Positions 35,247 to 47,803 of a stretch of 64,000 bases of DNA are shown one piece after another. The notes beneath the pieces are model-generated. The model made no database searches. It saw only the letters and a program-made list of their open reading frames with translations, and was not told the origin of the DNA. This DNA is from Patellaria atrata CBS 101060 (taxonomy: Eukaryota): contig MU006108.1 in assembly GCA_010093705.1 (NCBI GenBank), positions 1 through 64,000 of the forward strand. Reading direction: 5' to 3'. Positions within the stretch are counted from its first letter, which is position 1. Each line of letters starts with the position of its first letter. The position numbers were made by a program, and so were the translations under genes.

Positions 35247-38200
35247 ATGGCAGACAAAAAGGAGAATAACCTCGCCCAATTCAAATATGCGGCTATGTCC
35301 AACCTGGTTCTCCAGGCGGACCGCAGATTTGTAACGCGGCGAGGTGATGAGAATACAGGCGATCCGGAATCGCTAGCCGGGCGTATCAATATCAGGGATA
35401 TGGGGTCACGCACATCTCGGGAAGACGCGCCGGTCCAGGCAAAGAAGTCTAAGGGGCCGTCTAACATCGAGCGCGGAAGTATAAGAGAAGGCGAGGACAT
35501 GCTGGAGCGAGAACAGAAGAAAAGGAAACGTGGCGAGCCGGTACAGTTAAGAGGAACGGGCATTTTAAGTCAGCAAGACCTCTTGGTTGAGGATCTAAAG
35601 TATAGGCCACGGACTTCAGCTACGAGAGCCACATATGAGCTTATCACGACTATTGTTGGTAGACATTTAGGTGACGTACCGAGTCACGTCACCAGGAGTG
35701 CGGCAGACGCGGCTCTAGAATATCTGAAAGATGATAATTTGAAGGATTTCGACCGGAAGAAGGAGATAGATGATATACTAGGCTCAAGTATGAGCAGCAA
35801 GGAGTTTAATGAACTAGTCAACCTGGGCAAAAAAATAACGGATTACGATGCACAGGATGAAGATGAGAATATGGAAGATGCGGCAGATGGGACCGAAGGC
35901 GCGGAGTTGGATGACCAACAAGGTGTTGCCGTTGTCTTTGATGAATCAGACGAGGAAGAAGGTGCTCAGACATTTGAAGTTCGGGATGAGGATGATACTT
36001 CGGAAGATGAGGCAGAAGGCCTTACCGAACAAAATGATGAAGGAGCGAATGGTGTTCTAGACGAAACAGCAAACGAAAATGGAGATGAGGATGCCGAAGG
36101 GGGAGAAATGGTTTTAGGATCTACCACGTCTAAGTCACAAAACGAGAGGCAGGACCAACTTGTACCCGCCCACGAGATTGATGCTTATTGGCTACAGCGG
36201 CAGATTGGTTTGGTATACCAAGATGCTCATACACAACAAGAGAAGACCCAAGAAGCATTGCAGATTCTATCTGGCGTCTCAGACGATGGGGAGGAGAAGC
36301 AGTTACGAGAGATTGAGAACGATTTGATGGAACTGTTCGATTACGAACATCACGAATTTGTTGCGAAGCTAATTATCAATCGCGACAAGATCGTTTGGGT
36401 CACAAGATGGCGGCAAGTCGCTGAAGAACCGGATGCAAGAGCAGCAATCGAGCGACAAATGATAGCCGAAGGCCACCGCCATATACTAACTGAATTGCGC
36501 ACCCGAGAGGTAACCACAGAGACGAGCGATCGGACCTCCAAGAAAAAGTTAGCAGTCGAACTCATGGATGTCGACGTTCCTGCTGAGTCAAGAGATGCCG
36601 TGATGGTTGACCAAAAGGATAGCGGCTTGAAGGGTGGTCTACAACCTAAACGCTTGATCAATCTCGAGAATCTCATATTTGATCAAGGAAACCATCTCAT
36701 GACCAATCCTAACGTGAAACTTCCACAAGGTTCAACCAAGCGTACGTTCAAAGGGTACGAGGAAATCCACGTTCCTGCCCCGAAAGCTAAGAAGGATGCT
36801 AATGAACCTGAGAACTTGCCCACCTCAGAATTACCGGAATGGGCGAGGCAAGGCTTTGGTTCATCAAAGAGCTTGAACCGAATCCAAACAAGGTGTTACC
36901 CGACCGCGTTTAAAGATGATGGGAATATGCTCATCTGCGCCCCTACGGGTTCCGGAAAGACCAATGTCGCTATGCTGGCCATGTTGCGAGAGATTGGTAA
37001 GCATCGCGACTCGAATACCGGCGAAATCGATCTTGATTCCTTCAAAATCGTGTACATTGCCCCCCTTAAAGCACTCGTCCAGGAACAAGTCGGGAACTTT
37101 GGCAAGCGGCTGGCACCTTACGGGATTACCGTGTCTGAACTTACAGGTGATAGGCAGCTTACTAAACAGCAAATTGCGGATACCCAGATCATCGTCACCA
37201 CGCCAGAAAAATGGGATGTCATAACGCGTAAGGCCACAGATACGAGCTATACAAACCTTGTTCGTCTCATTTGTATCGACGAGATTCATCTTCTACATGA
37301 TGATCGCGGTCCTGTCCTTGAAAGCATCGTCAGCAGGACTATTCGCAGAGTCGAACAAACTGGGGATCTCGTTCGTTTGGTAGGGCTAAGTGCAACGTTG
37401 CCTAATTACCGCGACGTTGCGAGCTTCCTAAGGGTCGACCCCCTCAAAGGCTTATTTCATTTTGATGGTTCATTTAGACCTTGTCCTTTGAAACAAGAAT
37501 TCATCGGCGTCACAGATAAGAAGGCTATCAAGCAGTTAAAGACGATGAATGATGTTTGCTATACTAAGGTTTTAGAACAAGTGGGTCAACAGCGTAACCA
37601 GATGCTCATTTTCGTACATTCAAGGAAAGAGACTGCTAAGACGGCAAAATACATTCGAGATAAAGCTCTCGAGTTGGATACGATCGGCCAATTATTAAAA
37701 AGTGAAGCCGCCAGCCGTGAAGTTCTCAAGGAAGAATCTGACGGAGTACAAAATTCTGATCTGAAGGACCTTATGCCATATGGATTCGGGATACATCATG
37801 CCGGCATGAGCCGCGCGGATCGCACATCTGTCGAGGACCTCTTCGCTGATGGCTATCTGCAGGTACTGGTATGCACTGCTACACTCGCTTGGGGTGTCAA
37901 TCTTCCAGCCCACACGGTCATCATCAAAGGGACGCAGATATACTCACCCGAGAAGGGTAGTTGGGTCGAATTGAGCCCTCAAGATGTGCTCCAAATGCTT
38001 GGACGTGCTGGTAGACCTCAGTTTGATACGTTCGGTGAAGGAATCATTATTACCACTCAGAACGAGTTACAATACTATCTCTCACTATTGAACCAGCAGC
38101 TGCCGATTGAAAGCCAGTTCATGAGCAAGTTAGCAGACAACCTCAATGCAGAAATTGTATTAGGCAACATTCGAACCAGAGATGAAGGGGTTGAATGGTT

Positions 38201-41200
38201 AGGATATACGTACCTGTTCATCCGAATGCTTAGGTCTCCCGGTCTGTATAGTGTGGGAGCAGACTATGAAGAAGACGAAGCTCTAGAACAGAAGAGAGTC
38301 GACCTCATTCACTCAGCCGCCACTGTTCTCGATAAGTCAAACTTGGTAAAATACGATAAAAAGTCTGGAAAGCTTCAAAGCACGGAGCTCGGGAGAATCG
38401 CCTCGCATTACTACATCTCGCATAACTCTATGCTTACCTACAACCTCCACCTTCAACCATCTATTACGCCCATAGAACTCTTCCGCGTCTTCGCGTTAAG
38501 TGAGGAGTTCAAATATATTCCGGTCAGACAAGATGAAAAACTTGAACTAGCAAAGTTATTGGGACGTGTGCCTATTCCAGTCAAGGAGAGCATTGAAGAA
38601 CCTCAAGCGAAAATCAACGTCCTTCTACAGGCCTATATTTCGCGGCTCAAACTAGAAGGACTAGCTTTAATGGCCGACCTCGTCTATATTACTCAATCCG
38701 CTGGTCGTATACTCCGAGCTATTTTCGAAATATGCTTAAGGCGAGGCTGGTCTTCGGTCGCAAAGACAGCTTTGGATTTGTGTAAAATGGCGGAAAAGCG
38801 GATGTGGCCGACGATGACACCTTTGCGCCAGTTCCCAAACTGTCCCCGCGAGATCGTTCAGAAAGCGGAGCGTATCGAGGTTCCATGGTCGCATTATTTT
38901 GATCTAGATCCTCCACGGATGGGCGAACTCCTTAGTATACCGAAGGCTGGACGAACTGTATGCGCCCTAGTGCAGAAGTTCCCTCGTTTGGAAATTCAGG
39001 CACAGGTGCAACCTGTGACTCGTTCGATGCTACGTGTCGAGTTGACCATAAGTCCAAATTTTGAATGGGATCCCGAGCTTCACGGAAGAGCGGAGAGTTT
39101 TTGGATCCTTGTAGAGGATTGTGATGGTGAAGAAATCTTGTTTCATGATCAATTTCTTCTTCTTCGAAATTATGCTGAATCAGAGGTCAACGACCACCTG
39201 GTCGACTTCACTGTACCAATTACAGAGCCCATGCCACCCAACTACTTCATAACAGTCATCTCTGACAGATGGATGCATTCGGAAACCAAACTTGCTGTCT
39301 CTTTCCAGAAGCTCATCTTGCCTGAGAAGTTCCCCGCTCATACGCCGCTCCTCGATTTGCAACCAACCCCTTTCGCGGCGCTTAAGGTTGCGGAATACGT
39401 GCAACTCTATGACGGCTGGGACCGATTTAATAAGATGCAGACGCAAACCTTCAACTCTCTATACGCGACGGATGATAACGTCTTGATTGGAGCATCCACA
39501 GGAAGCGGAAAGACTGTCTGTGCTGAACTAGCCCTCCTTCGATATTGGAAAAAGTCGAGTGAGGGTAGGGCGGTCTATATCGCCCCTTTCCAGGAACTGA
39601 TCGATACACGTTTAAAGGACTGGGTATCTCGGTTGTCGAAGATAACCGGAGGGAAGAGGATCGTGAAGCTCACGGGAGAGACAACTGCTGATCTCAAGCT
39701 ACTTGCAGATGCGGACGTTGTCCTTGCAACACCATCCCAGTGGGATGTCATCTCTCGCTCCTGGCAGCGACGCAAAAATGTGCAAAGTGTTGGCCTTTTC
39801 ATAGCCGATGACCTCCATATGATCGGAGGTCAAGGTGGCTACATCTACGAAGCCATCGTGTCCAGAATGCACGCAATGACACTTCAATTAGAGTCCGGCA
39901 TGCGGATCATCGGGTTAAGTGTTTCACTCTCGAATGCTCGCGACATAGGTGAATGGATTGGGGCAACCAAACACACCATTTATAATTTCTCACCTCACTT
40001 TCGTCCCGTTCCTATTGAAGTCAGCATCCAGCCCTTCACAATTCCACATTTCCCGTCTCTTATGCTGGCCATGGCCAAGCCAGCCTACCAAGCCATCCTT
40101 CAGTCATCTTCTGACAAACCGGCAATTATCTTTGTACCAAATCGCAAGCAAGCTCGTGCAACCGCCGCAGACATTCTCGCTGCGTGCATTGCTGATGAAA
40201 AAGACGATCAATTTTTACATGCTGCGGTCGAGGAGATCGAGCCCATTCTAAAGAAGATAAGTGAAGGAGCACTGGTCGAGTCTCTCTCTCATGGAATTGG
40301 CTATTTCCATGAGGCCTTAAGTTCATTTGATAAACGCGCTGTGGAACATCTATTCAATATTGGGGCAATTCAAGTCATGCTTGTTTCAAGAGATTGTTGT
40401 TGGGAGATCAGCTCAACGGCTCATCTCGTCGTCATTATGGGGACACAGTTTTTCGAAGGGAGAGAACATCGATACATCGATTATCCGATCAGCGAAATAC
40501 TTCAGATGTTCGGTAAGTCTGGCCGGTATGGAGTGGACAAGTCCTGCAAGGGAGTCCTGATGGTTCCCTCCGTGAAACGGGAATACTATACAAAATTTTT
40601 ACGGGAAGCACTACCGATTGAGAGCCATTTGCAAGCATATCTGCACGATGCCTTCGTCCCAGAGATCAGCACTAAGGTCATTTCCTCAACGCAGGATGCT
40701 GTTGATTGGTCGACATATACTTACTTTTATCGTCGTCTTCTAGCTAACCCGAGCTACTATGGCCTTACAGACACATCTCATGAAGGCCTCAGCGCCCATC
40801 TCTCTGATCTGGTAGAGACAACGCTCAAAGAACTATCAGATGCGAAAATCGTCGAACTTGATGAGGAAGATGATACGGTCACCCCTCTCAACGCGTGTAT
40901 GATCTCTGCATATTACAACATCTCGTTTGTCACGATGCAGACCTTCATGCTCTCTCTGACGGGCCGAACGAAGCTAAAAGGAATTCTGGAAATTATCACC
41001 TCAGCTACTGAATTTGAGGGCATACAGATTCGCCGTCACGAGGATTCTATACTGCGCCGCATCTATGAACGGCTTCCGGTAAAGATTTCCGAAGCTTCGT
41101 ATGAATCACCCCATTTCAAAGCCTTTGTTCTTTTGCAGGCACATTTCTCCCGGATGCATCTTCCGGTGGACTTGGCCAAAGATCAAGATACAATTCTTCG

Positions 41201-41933
41201 AAAGGTCCTCCCGCTCCTTAGTGCTGTTGTTGATGTCCTTTCCTCCGATGGCCATTTAAATGCCACCTCGGCGATGGAAATGAGTCAAATGGTCGTTCAG
41301 GCTATGTGGGACCGTGACAGCCCACTTAAGCAGATACCACACTTCGACGACGCGGTCGTAAAGACTTGTAACGAGTTCGGCATCAATGACATCGTGGAAT
41401 TTATGGATGCCATGGATCCCTCGGAAAACAAAGACTACGAGAAACTGCTAAAGAGGATGAGCTTGGATAAACGACAGCTCTCCGATGCTGCAGCTTTCAC
41501 GAACGACAAGTATCCCAATGTGGACCTGACCTTCGAATTGGAGGATCCGGACGACATCAGTGCTGGCTCTCCGGCTTATATCAATGTTGTTGTCGAGCGC
41601 GAGATTGATGACGAGGAAGGGGACGAGAAGACCGAGGTTGATTCTACAGTCCACGCGCCATTCTTCCCGACGGAGAAGTCTGAGAATTGGTGGATCGTGG
41701 TTGCAGAGGAGAGCACCAAGAACCTCTACGGCATTAAGAGGATCACGGTTGGCAGAAGTCTCAAGACCAAGCTGGAATTCGTAGTTCCGAACGCTGGAAA
41801 ACACAACTTGAAGCTCATGTTGATGAGCGATTCTTATGTTGGTGTTGATCAGGACCCTGAATTCGAGGTAGAAGTCAAGGAAGGCGAAGAGGAAAGTGGC
41901 GAAGACGATGAAGACGAGGATATGGAGGAATAG
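35247..41933 (+). CDS. BRR2: U5 snRNP Ski2-like RNA helicase Brr2 (2228 aa, single exon)
   Basis: YAAMSNLVLQADRR N-terminus, PWI-like region, first cassette APTGSGKT/DEIH/QMLGRAGR, second cassette ASTGSGKT/DDLH, two Sec63 units, C-terminal SDSYVGVDQ. Confidence 0.98.
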   Translation: MADKKENNLAQFKYAAMSNLVLQADRRFVTRRGDENTGDPESLAGRINIRDMGSRTSREDAPVQAKKSKGPSNIERGSIREGEDMLEREQKKRKRGEPVQLRGTGILSQQDLLVEDLKYRPRTSATRATYELITTIVGRHLGDVPSHVTRSAADAALEYLKDDNLKDFDRKKEIDDILGSSMSSKEFNELVNLGKKITDYDAQDEDENMEDAADGTEGAELDDQQGVAVVFDESDEEEGAQTFEVRDEDDTSEDEAEGLTEQNDEGANGVLDETANENGDEDAEGGEMVLGSTTSKSQNERQDQLVPAHEIDAYWLQRQIGLVYQDAHTQQEKTQEALQILSGVSDDGEEKQLREIENDLMELFDYEHHEFVAKLIINRDKIVWVTRWRQVAEEPDARAAIERQMIAEGHRHILTELRTREVTTETSDRTSKKKLAVELMDVDVPAESRDAVMVDQKDSGLKGGLQPKRLINLENLIFDQGNHLMTNPNVKLPQGSTKRTFKGYEEIHVPAPKAKKDANEPENLPTSELPEWARQGFGSSKSLNRIQTRCYPTAFKDDGNMLICAPTGSGKTNVAMLAMLREIGKHRDSNTGEIDLDSFKIVYIAPLKALVQEQVGNFGKRLAPYGITVSELTGDRQLTKQQIADTQIIVTTPEKWDVITRKATDTSYTNLVRLICIDEIHLLHDDRGPVLESIVSRTIRRVEQTGDLVRLVGLSATLPNYRDVASFLRVDPLKGLFHFDGSFRPCPLKQEFIGVTDKKAIKQLKTMNDVCYTKVLEQVGQQRNQMLIFVHSRKETAKTAKYIRDKALELDTIGQLLKSEAASREVLKEESDGVQNSDLKDLMPYGFGIHHAGMSRADRTSVEDLFADGYLQVLVCTATLAWGVNLPAHTVIIKGTQIYSPEKGSWVELSPQDVLQMLGRAGRPQFDTFGEGIIITTQNELQYYLSLLNQQLPIESQFMSKLADNLNAEIVLGNIRTRDEGVEWLGYTYLFIRMLRSPGLYSVGADYEEDEALEQKRVDLIHSAATVLDKSNLVKYDKKSGKLQSTELGRIASHYYISHNSMLTYNLHLQPSITPIELFRVFALSEEFKYIPVRQDEKLELAKLLGRVPIPVKESIEEPQAKINVLLQAYISRLKLEGLALMADLVYITQSAGRILRAIFEICLRRGWSSVAKTALDLCKMAEKRMWPTMTPLRQFPNCPREIVQKAERIEVPWSHYFDLDPPRMGELLSIPKAGRTVCALVQKFPRLEIQAQVQPVTRSMLRVELTISPNFEWDPELHGRAESFWILVEDCDGEEILFHDQFLLLRNYAESEVNDHLVDFTVPITEPMPPNYFITVISDRWMHSETKLAVSFQKLILPEKFPAHTPLLDLQPTPFAALKVAEYVQLYDGWDRFNKMQTQTFNSLYATDDNVLIGASTGSGKTVCAELALLRYWKKSSEGRAVYIAPFQELIDTRLKDWVSRLSKITGGKRIVKLTGETTADLKLLADADVVLATPSQWDVISRSWQRRKNVQSVGLFIADDLHMIGGQGGYIYEAIVSRMHAMTLQLESGMRIIGLSVSLSNARDIGEWIGATKHTIYNFSPHFRPVPIEVSIQPFTIPHFPSLMLAMAKPAYQAILQSSSDKPAIIFVPNRKQARATAADILAACIADEKDDQFLHAAVEEIEPILKKISEGALVESLSHGIGYFHEALSSFDKRAVEHLFNIGAIQVMLVSRDCCWEISSTAHLVVIMGTQFFEGREHRYIDYPISEILQMFGKSGRYGVDKSCKGVLMVPSVKREYYTKFLREALPIESHLQAYLHDAFVPEISTKVISSTQDAVDWSTYTYFYRRLLANPSYYGLTDTSHEGLSAHLSDLVETTLKELSDAKIVELDEEDDTVTPLNACMISAYYNISFVTMQTFMLSLTGRTKLKGILEIITSATEFEGIQIRRHEDSILRRIYERLPVKISEASYESPHFKAFVLLQAHFSRMHLPVDLAKDQDTILRKVLPLLSAVVDVLSSDGHLNATSAMEMSQMVVQAMWDRDSPLKQIPHFDDAVVKTCNEFGINDIVEFMDAMDPSENKDYEKLLKRMSLDKRQLSDAAAFTNDKYPNVDLTFELEDPDDISAGSPAYINVVVEREIDDEEGDEKTEVDSTVHAPFFPTEKSENWWIVVAEESTKNLYGIKRITVGRSLKTKLEFVVPNAGKHNLKLMLMSDSYVGVDQDPEFEVEVKEGEEESGEDDEDEDMEE

Positions 41934-42377
41934 AGTGCTTGGTACGACCATGGGTGTAAAAACTGGGATGTAAAGGAGGCGCTGCGGTTCAAAATTAATG
42001 CAATTGTTGCAATAACCTGAATGGCTTGTGTTCGAATTGAGTTGTACCTATCATATAAACCACCAATGCCCCAGGTTACGGCGGTTGCCCCCAAGTGGAG
42101 TACTTTAAGTAATCAAAAGAGCGATCCACTCCAGATTTTATTTTAATTGGGAATGAGTACTCTTTCATTGCAATGAGGAGGATTTACCGAACCTGCATCC
42201 CTTACCATAAAATTTCTAATAGAAGAGACTTATGACTCCTAATGAACATACTGCAAAAGCGCAGCCAACGCCTCGATCAGCATCCAAGGCTCATGTCGAG
42301 CATGATATTAATACCTTCCACCCCACAAATACGATAACTCTTCATAAGCTAACCCTTTATCCGTTTCCTAGTAGCAC

Positions 42378-43062
42378 TTATACCGTATTGTCGTGAAATA
42401 AGAAGTTAACGTCCCGCGGCCGAAGTCTATTGCGACGTGAGAAGTCCTCGTCGCCAGGAGGTCGCTCATTCTTGGTGTTGCTGGTGAGCATGCTCTGCAG
42501 GCTGATACAGACACTCTCGACGTTATGGACCGGTGACCAGCCTTGACGATCTAGTAGGTCGAGGCATATGATGCCGTTGGTATAAATGTGCGGATGCATT
42601 GGGATTGGGCGTGTATCGCTTTTTACAAAGACAACCTCAGGTGGTTCTGTTCACAAAGAAAGGAAGCGAAGCAGTTAGTTACAAGTATAAGGGCCCGCTT
42701 AATAGGCTCTAGCGGTTGGGTTCAAGGGTTGTGAGATCTGAAGATAGACTCACCGATGGGATAACTAGGTGTGAAGCGAAATTTGAGACGGAACGTTTGA
42801 CCATTGTATATCGGATTTGAATCGAGAACTCGTATGTCCATTTCCCATTCTTCGAAATCATCGGCTTTGACGAGGGTTATGCCAGGTGGTGTGGACGATT
42901 GGAGCTGTCGCGGGGAGATGTTGGGTTAGCATCGAAATGCTCAGAGGATTTCGGGGGGTCAGTTGTGGTACCTTAGAAAGCTCCTGTACAAAATGTTAGA
43001 ATAGTTGAACTATAGCTGCATACAAGCACTCTTACCTTTCCTAATCGCTTCGAAGCGAACAT
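42378..43062 (-). CDS. UBE2W: Ubiquitin-conjugating enzyme E2, UBE2W-like (4 exons including a 12-nt microexon)
   Basis: MFASKRLGKEL...PPG...W...YPIEPPEV.F...HPHIYTNGIICLDLL...WSPV.NV.SVCISLQSML...RPPGD...FHDNTV. Confidence 0.85.
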
Positions 43063-43685
43063 TGCCGTCTTCCACTTTTACTCGGTGATGGCTGGCGGAG
43101 TGAAGCGGTCCCCACCAGAGAGTTGTGCTCGAACTCGGAAAACGAGCACACGTAGTACTGTGCAGACGGTAGGATTATAATCGAAACTAAACCGGAGCTT
43201 TGGATTTCATGAAGCGGATATACGTAGATAATAGGAAGTAGGAAGAGCGTTTCAGGTTACAGTAGGTACAAATGTTGAGCCGTTTGATCAATCGAAGATG
43301 CATGTGACGACAATTGGGGAGGAGGAACTCAAAACACCGGCTCACGTGATCAGCAGCCTCAAAATGATTACAACTGATAAAGTTGTTGGATTTCTGCCTT
43401 TGCTGTCCCACAGCCTCAACCCGATTGCTTACCTCACGTTCCACACAAATATTACTATATTACTATAGCATCGCCTCATATCGAAACACAAATGAAGACG
43501 CCTCGTAAACAGAATGAACGGAAAGCGTTCAATGCAGACGCTATGTTATGCTACGCTGCCTAGACTAAAGAATGCGATATCAACCTCAGAAGAGCGCTCG
43601 TGTCCATACGATAAGCTCGAACTGATGGATTAAACCAGTACCATAAATATATCAAGGACGAAAATCTTCAAAACGCGTAACTAGA

Positions 43686-44588
43686 TCAAAGGACGGCGAA
43701 GCCAGCGAAGAAGCTAGTTAGGATGATAGCCAGGCCGTAGCTTTGACCCAGGTTAAGGATCGACGCAGCATCCGGCTCGTCGGGGTTGGATTCCTCCTGG
43801 TTATCGTCATTGCTGTCCTCACTATTATCATCGTTATTACCATTATCGTTGTCGTCCCCGAACGTGGAGGGTTCATCCGTAGTTTCAGGGTCATCGTTGT
43901 TTGTACCAGTAGACCGGGTGCCGCTGGTGGTAGATGACGGTAAGCTTATCGTGGAGGTTACGTTCACACGCGTTGGGTTTTGAGCGCCACATGGGTTGTC
44001 CTCACTACAAAATGTCAGTTCTCGAATAGGGGGAGAATGAAGCTTTTCGGGCTTGACACATACCGGCAAGATGTTTGACAGGCAGTGTTCCCGTTGCAGT
44101 CATCCACACACTGATTATTCGATTCGGTACAGATAAAATATGGAACTGTCTGAGAGTATTCGGAGATGTTGGGAGAAAGACCATTGTCGCATACGCAGTC
44201 GTACACAAGTGTATCCTGTTGTATACGTGGTCAGTAATCGTTCTGTGCCAGACAAACTAAATTAGGCCCATATGCTCTGAAGAGCTGAGGATATCGTCGG
44301 ATCGATAAAGAGACCAGTGCAAGGAAGAAGGGACATACAGCATCGCAGTCATTGGCCAGTGTTCCAGCAGATTGGCTTTCCGTCTCCTGGGTACAGATCA
44401 ACGGGCATTGCGTCTCTTGTTGTTGGCACCAGTAACCTGGAAAGAAGGTCAATTATCTTTCTGCTTCGGGCCAAATGGATCTTTCTCATACTTCGTTGAG
44501 ACTTTGGGACTGATTCTGGATCAAGACGCTGAGGGGATGATAGTCGAACGATGGTAAGAAGGGCAGCGAAGGCAACGACAGAACGCAT
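43686..44588 (-). CDS. GPI-anchored Cys-rich extracellular protein (multi-exon)
   Basis: Signal peptide MRSVVAFAALL; WCQQQETQCPLIC, YDCVCDNGLSPNISEYSQTVPYFIC, CVDDC...CQTSC, NPCGAQNP; S/T/D/N-rich stalk; DAAS...GLAIILTSFFAGFAVL GPI-type tail. Confidence 0.85.
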
Positions 44589-45799
44589 TTTGAATGCTTT
44601 TAGATATTAAATTATTGGACTTGATTGGTCTGTCAGCCATATAACAAGAATAAAGCGTTCAATCTGAACGACATGCCGAGCGTACTTATGAAGAATGATC
44701 AGACAGGAAGCAAGGGCACACGGGAAGAGGAATGGACAATACAGGACAACAATAATGGGGAGCTTAGCGAACGTCTAAGAAGCAAAAGATTATCAGAAGA
44801 AAACAAGACAAGAACAAATTAATTAGAGCGAAGGATGTGCTGGTGATGGGAAGAAGAGACAGAACTGGGGGGTGGTGGCTCTGTAGATAATAAATAAAAG
44901 GAGAGTAAAGCTAAATTCGGGTAGATCTAATGAACGCTCGGACGCACCATAGAACTAAGATAACACCCCTAGCAATAATGAAACAATACGGAGGTACTGT
45001 AAGGTAAAGAAAGGTACCTTCATTCTCTCTCTCCACTGTCGGGTGAGTGTTGACTCCATGAAGAGACACCTTTCTCCACATGGAGAAGTAATAAGAGGGT
45101 TGATTGCTGCTGTTCTGATGGTGTACAGTAATAAAGTTCATTCCATGGTGTCTTGATGCGTACCTTAGGTAGTCCTACATACATTCGTACGGTGGTTCTA
45201 CTGTTCTATTGAATAGACACTTTTATTATTAGAAATTTCAATGCATCAACCTAGAACTAGACGAGAATTAAGCGATGCACTACGGCGACTATATGCTCGA
45301 TAGTGGAGGTCGATATGTGTTCCATCGGATGTCTGCGTCTCCTTCTTCGTGTAATCGTATAATTCCGTTGTATTACTCGTACTTCTTTTCCATCACCTCA
45401 ATTGATCAAGTTGAATAGACCGTATTTAAAAAGTCGTCACAGAAGTTGACGCGTCCCGTCTGGGCACGTGCTGGAACTTCCCGTCTGCAAAACAGATCAT
45501 GATCATGAGTGGAGGTTTTCGGCTCCTATAACTAGAACTAAGCCAATCTTTATACTTGGTATTCTATCTTTTTGTAACCTAATTAAACCTAATGGAATGG
45601 CAGACGGGATATTAGCTTTGTCAGTTTTTCTGCTCAATATCGTTAGTCGCAACGTAAGTTACAGAAACAAATTCGACCGATAAACTCCGAAGCCCCAAAC
45701 CTACAACACATTTTACTACTGTACAGTCGTGACAGTACACCTGTACTAGGCGCTGCAACTCTGCAAGACAGCATCCGGCATCCGCTTAACTGTAGATGG

Positions 45800-46633
45800 A
45801 TGGAGACTTCGGATTCTGGACTTCAACAGCCTCCTAACGAGAATGGCCTCTCTTCCTCACCCCATCATGGCCGTGGCAAAGCATCTGCGGACGGCCAACA
45901 ACGGCATTCCATAACTCCACCCTTTTGGCAAAGCCACCAGAGGAATGATTCTACCTTCAGTCATGCTTCCTACGAGAATCGTACTTCCAATCCAATTCGC
46001 CTTGAGGATCATACAGACGACACCTCGGAGCAGACCAAAGCATGTTGGGCCCGACATGTAACCATCGACGACTATGTCATCATCAGTGGTAATGCTCCCG
46101 GTGTTGGTGCTTATGTTGTCTGGAACTGCACCGTTGAAACTTTGGATGTCAGTTCCGACTTTTTTTTTGTACTATCGCAGGCAAAGCAATGTAGGTGTGG
46201 AGTGCTAATCCTTTGATCCCAGGGCGGTCCACTCAAGATTCGAAAACGGTATGCTTGTGTTCCCTCATGCTTCTTTCCATTCTTTTACTTAATGCCCATC
46301 AGCTATTCTGAATTTGATCGTCTTCGGAGTAATCTTATAAAGACCTTTCCGCACGCGACAGGCTCTTTACCTCCTCTACCACCAAAGAGCGTGATATGTA
46401 TGTCATCCCTACCTGTTAACCAGCTATAAAATTGGCGCTCATATAAACCCACAGCGAGATTCCGTCCCCGATTCTTAGAACGAAGGAAAAGCGGCCTCTT
46501 CTACTTCCTAAAGTGCGTTTAAAACATTCTTCTTAGATTCATTAGAAGCTAACCTGCTGATTTCATAAGCTGTGTACTCCTCAATCCAGAATTCGCTGGG
46601 TCTCCAGTATTAAAGGAGTTTTTGTTTTCTTAG
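45800..46633 (+). CDS. YPT35: PX-domain protein, Ypt35-like (multi-exon)
   Basis: IRLEDHT...CWARHVTIDDYVII...GAYVVWNC, KIRKRYSEF..LR..L..FP...LPPLPPK, RFRPRFLERR.GL.YFL.CVLLNPEF.GSPVLKEFLF. Confidence 0.85.
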
Positions 46634-47803
46634 GTCCATTTATGGTCTCCTTCGCCATGTGGGTAAGCAGGGGCTTACTTACCCCGTGCATCTATCTGTT
46701 CCACCTATGTATATGTACGAAGTATGCTCTTACTGATGGGCAAAATCAATGTAATAGAGAGAAAGTCACTTAAAACAAACTTTCCACAGCGGGAATGATC
46801 TTTAGGTCTTGGGAAGTTCTGATAATATCGCAAGATACTAAGGCATGTATTGACCCACTAAAATATCCTCCCAAGGAAATTTTTCTAAGTTTCCCTTGTG
46901 CTAGGTATGTCGCGCTTTAGCATGTCTTCAGATCCTATCAGATGATCCTTTGCATCGTCAGTAGGGATATCCACACCAAAGCTTTAGATGGATCACTAAA
47001 AGCTACCCGGTCCAGCGTACTTGTACAGTTACAAGTTACTAGACCACAAGCCCGGGACATAAGGTATATCTGATGTATGTTTACCAAGACTCTTGCCTAA
47101 ACCTTAAGGAGCAGTATGCTTCAGGTGGGTTGTAAATGTTCAATTTTGGGATATGAAATATGAATAAATTCAACCGGATGGAAATGATCATTGCATCTAT
47201 TTCTTCAACCTGTGGATGGGTAAATAGTATGAGGTATAAGGGGTTCTCCCGACATTCGTCCCTTCAGTTGACTTCGGTTGTATTTATTACTGTACCGCGC
47301 ACCGCCGTAGAAATGCCGGTTATTTATTTACTATATCACCTCCCGGCCCCGCCCGTCCTGTCGTCTCGTAAAATACTTTGCTTGATCGGGTATCCAGCAT
47401 TGTTATTAATTACTTTTCTCAGGAAAGTAAAATATTTAGGATTCTATCATCCATTTACTATGCTATACTGCGTTACGACAGAGATTCAGAAAGGATTTTG
47501 CTCCCATCATCCATTGACTAGTTGAAAATATTCGCAGTGTCTTTTCCCGGCGATAAGTGTTCACTGTTCAGTACATTATTTCCATTCTCTTCAGTGCTCT
47601 TTCGGCGACCCGGGATGGCTTAAAGGTGGTTTCCCTTGGTCTTTCCCTTTACACTACCCAGTATCGAGGCAATTACCTTACAAGCACTTTTATCCCCAGC
47701 CCAGAGACCATGCACTTTTCTTCGTTCAAAACTCATTTCTATTACTGAGATTAAAACAACTCGCCTTGGATTCAAACAATGAGCTTAAACATACGAGCAA
47801 ACG

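Noticed and set aside
35234..41951. Antisense and alternate-frame ORFs within BRR2 (similar ones in MPH1, VPS33 and the giant gene)
   Set aside because: Shadow ORFs expected from codon bias in long coding regions
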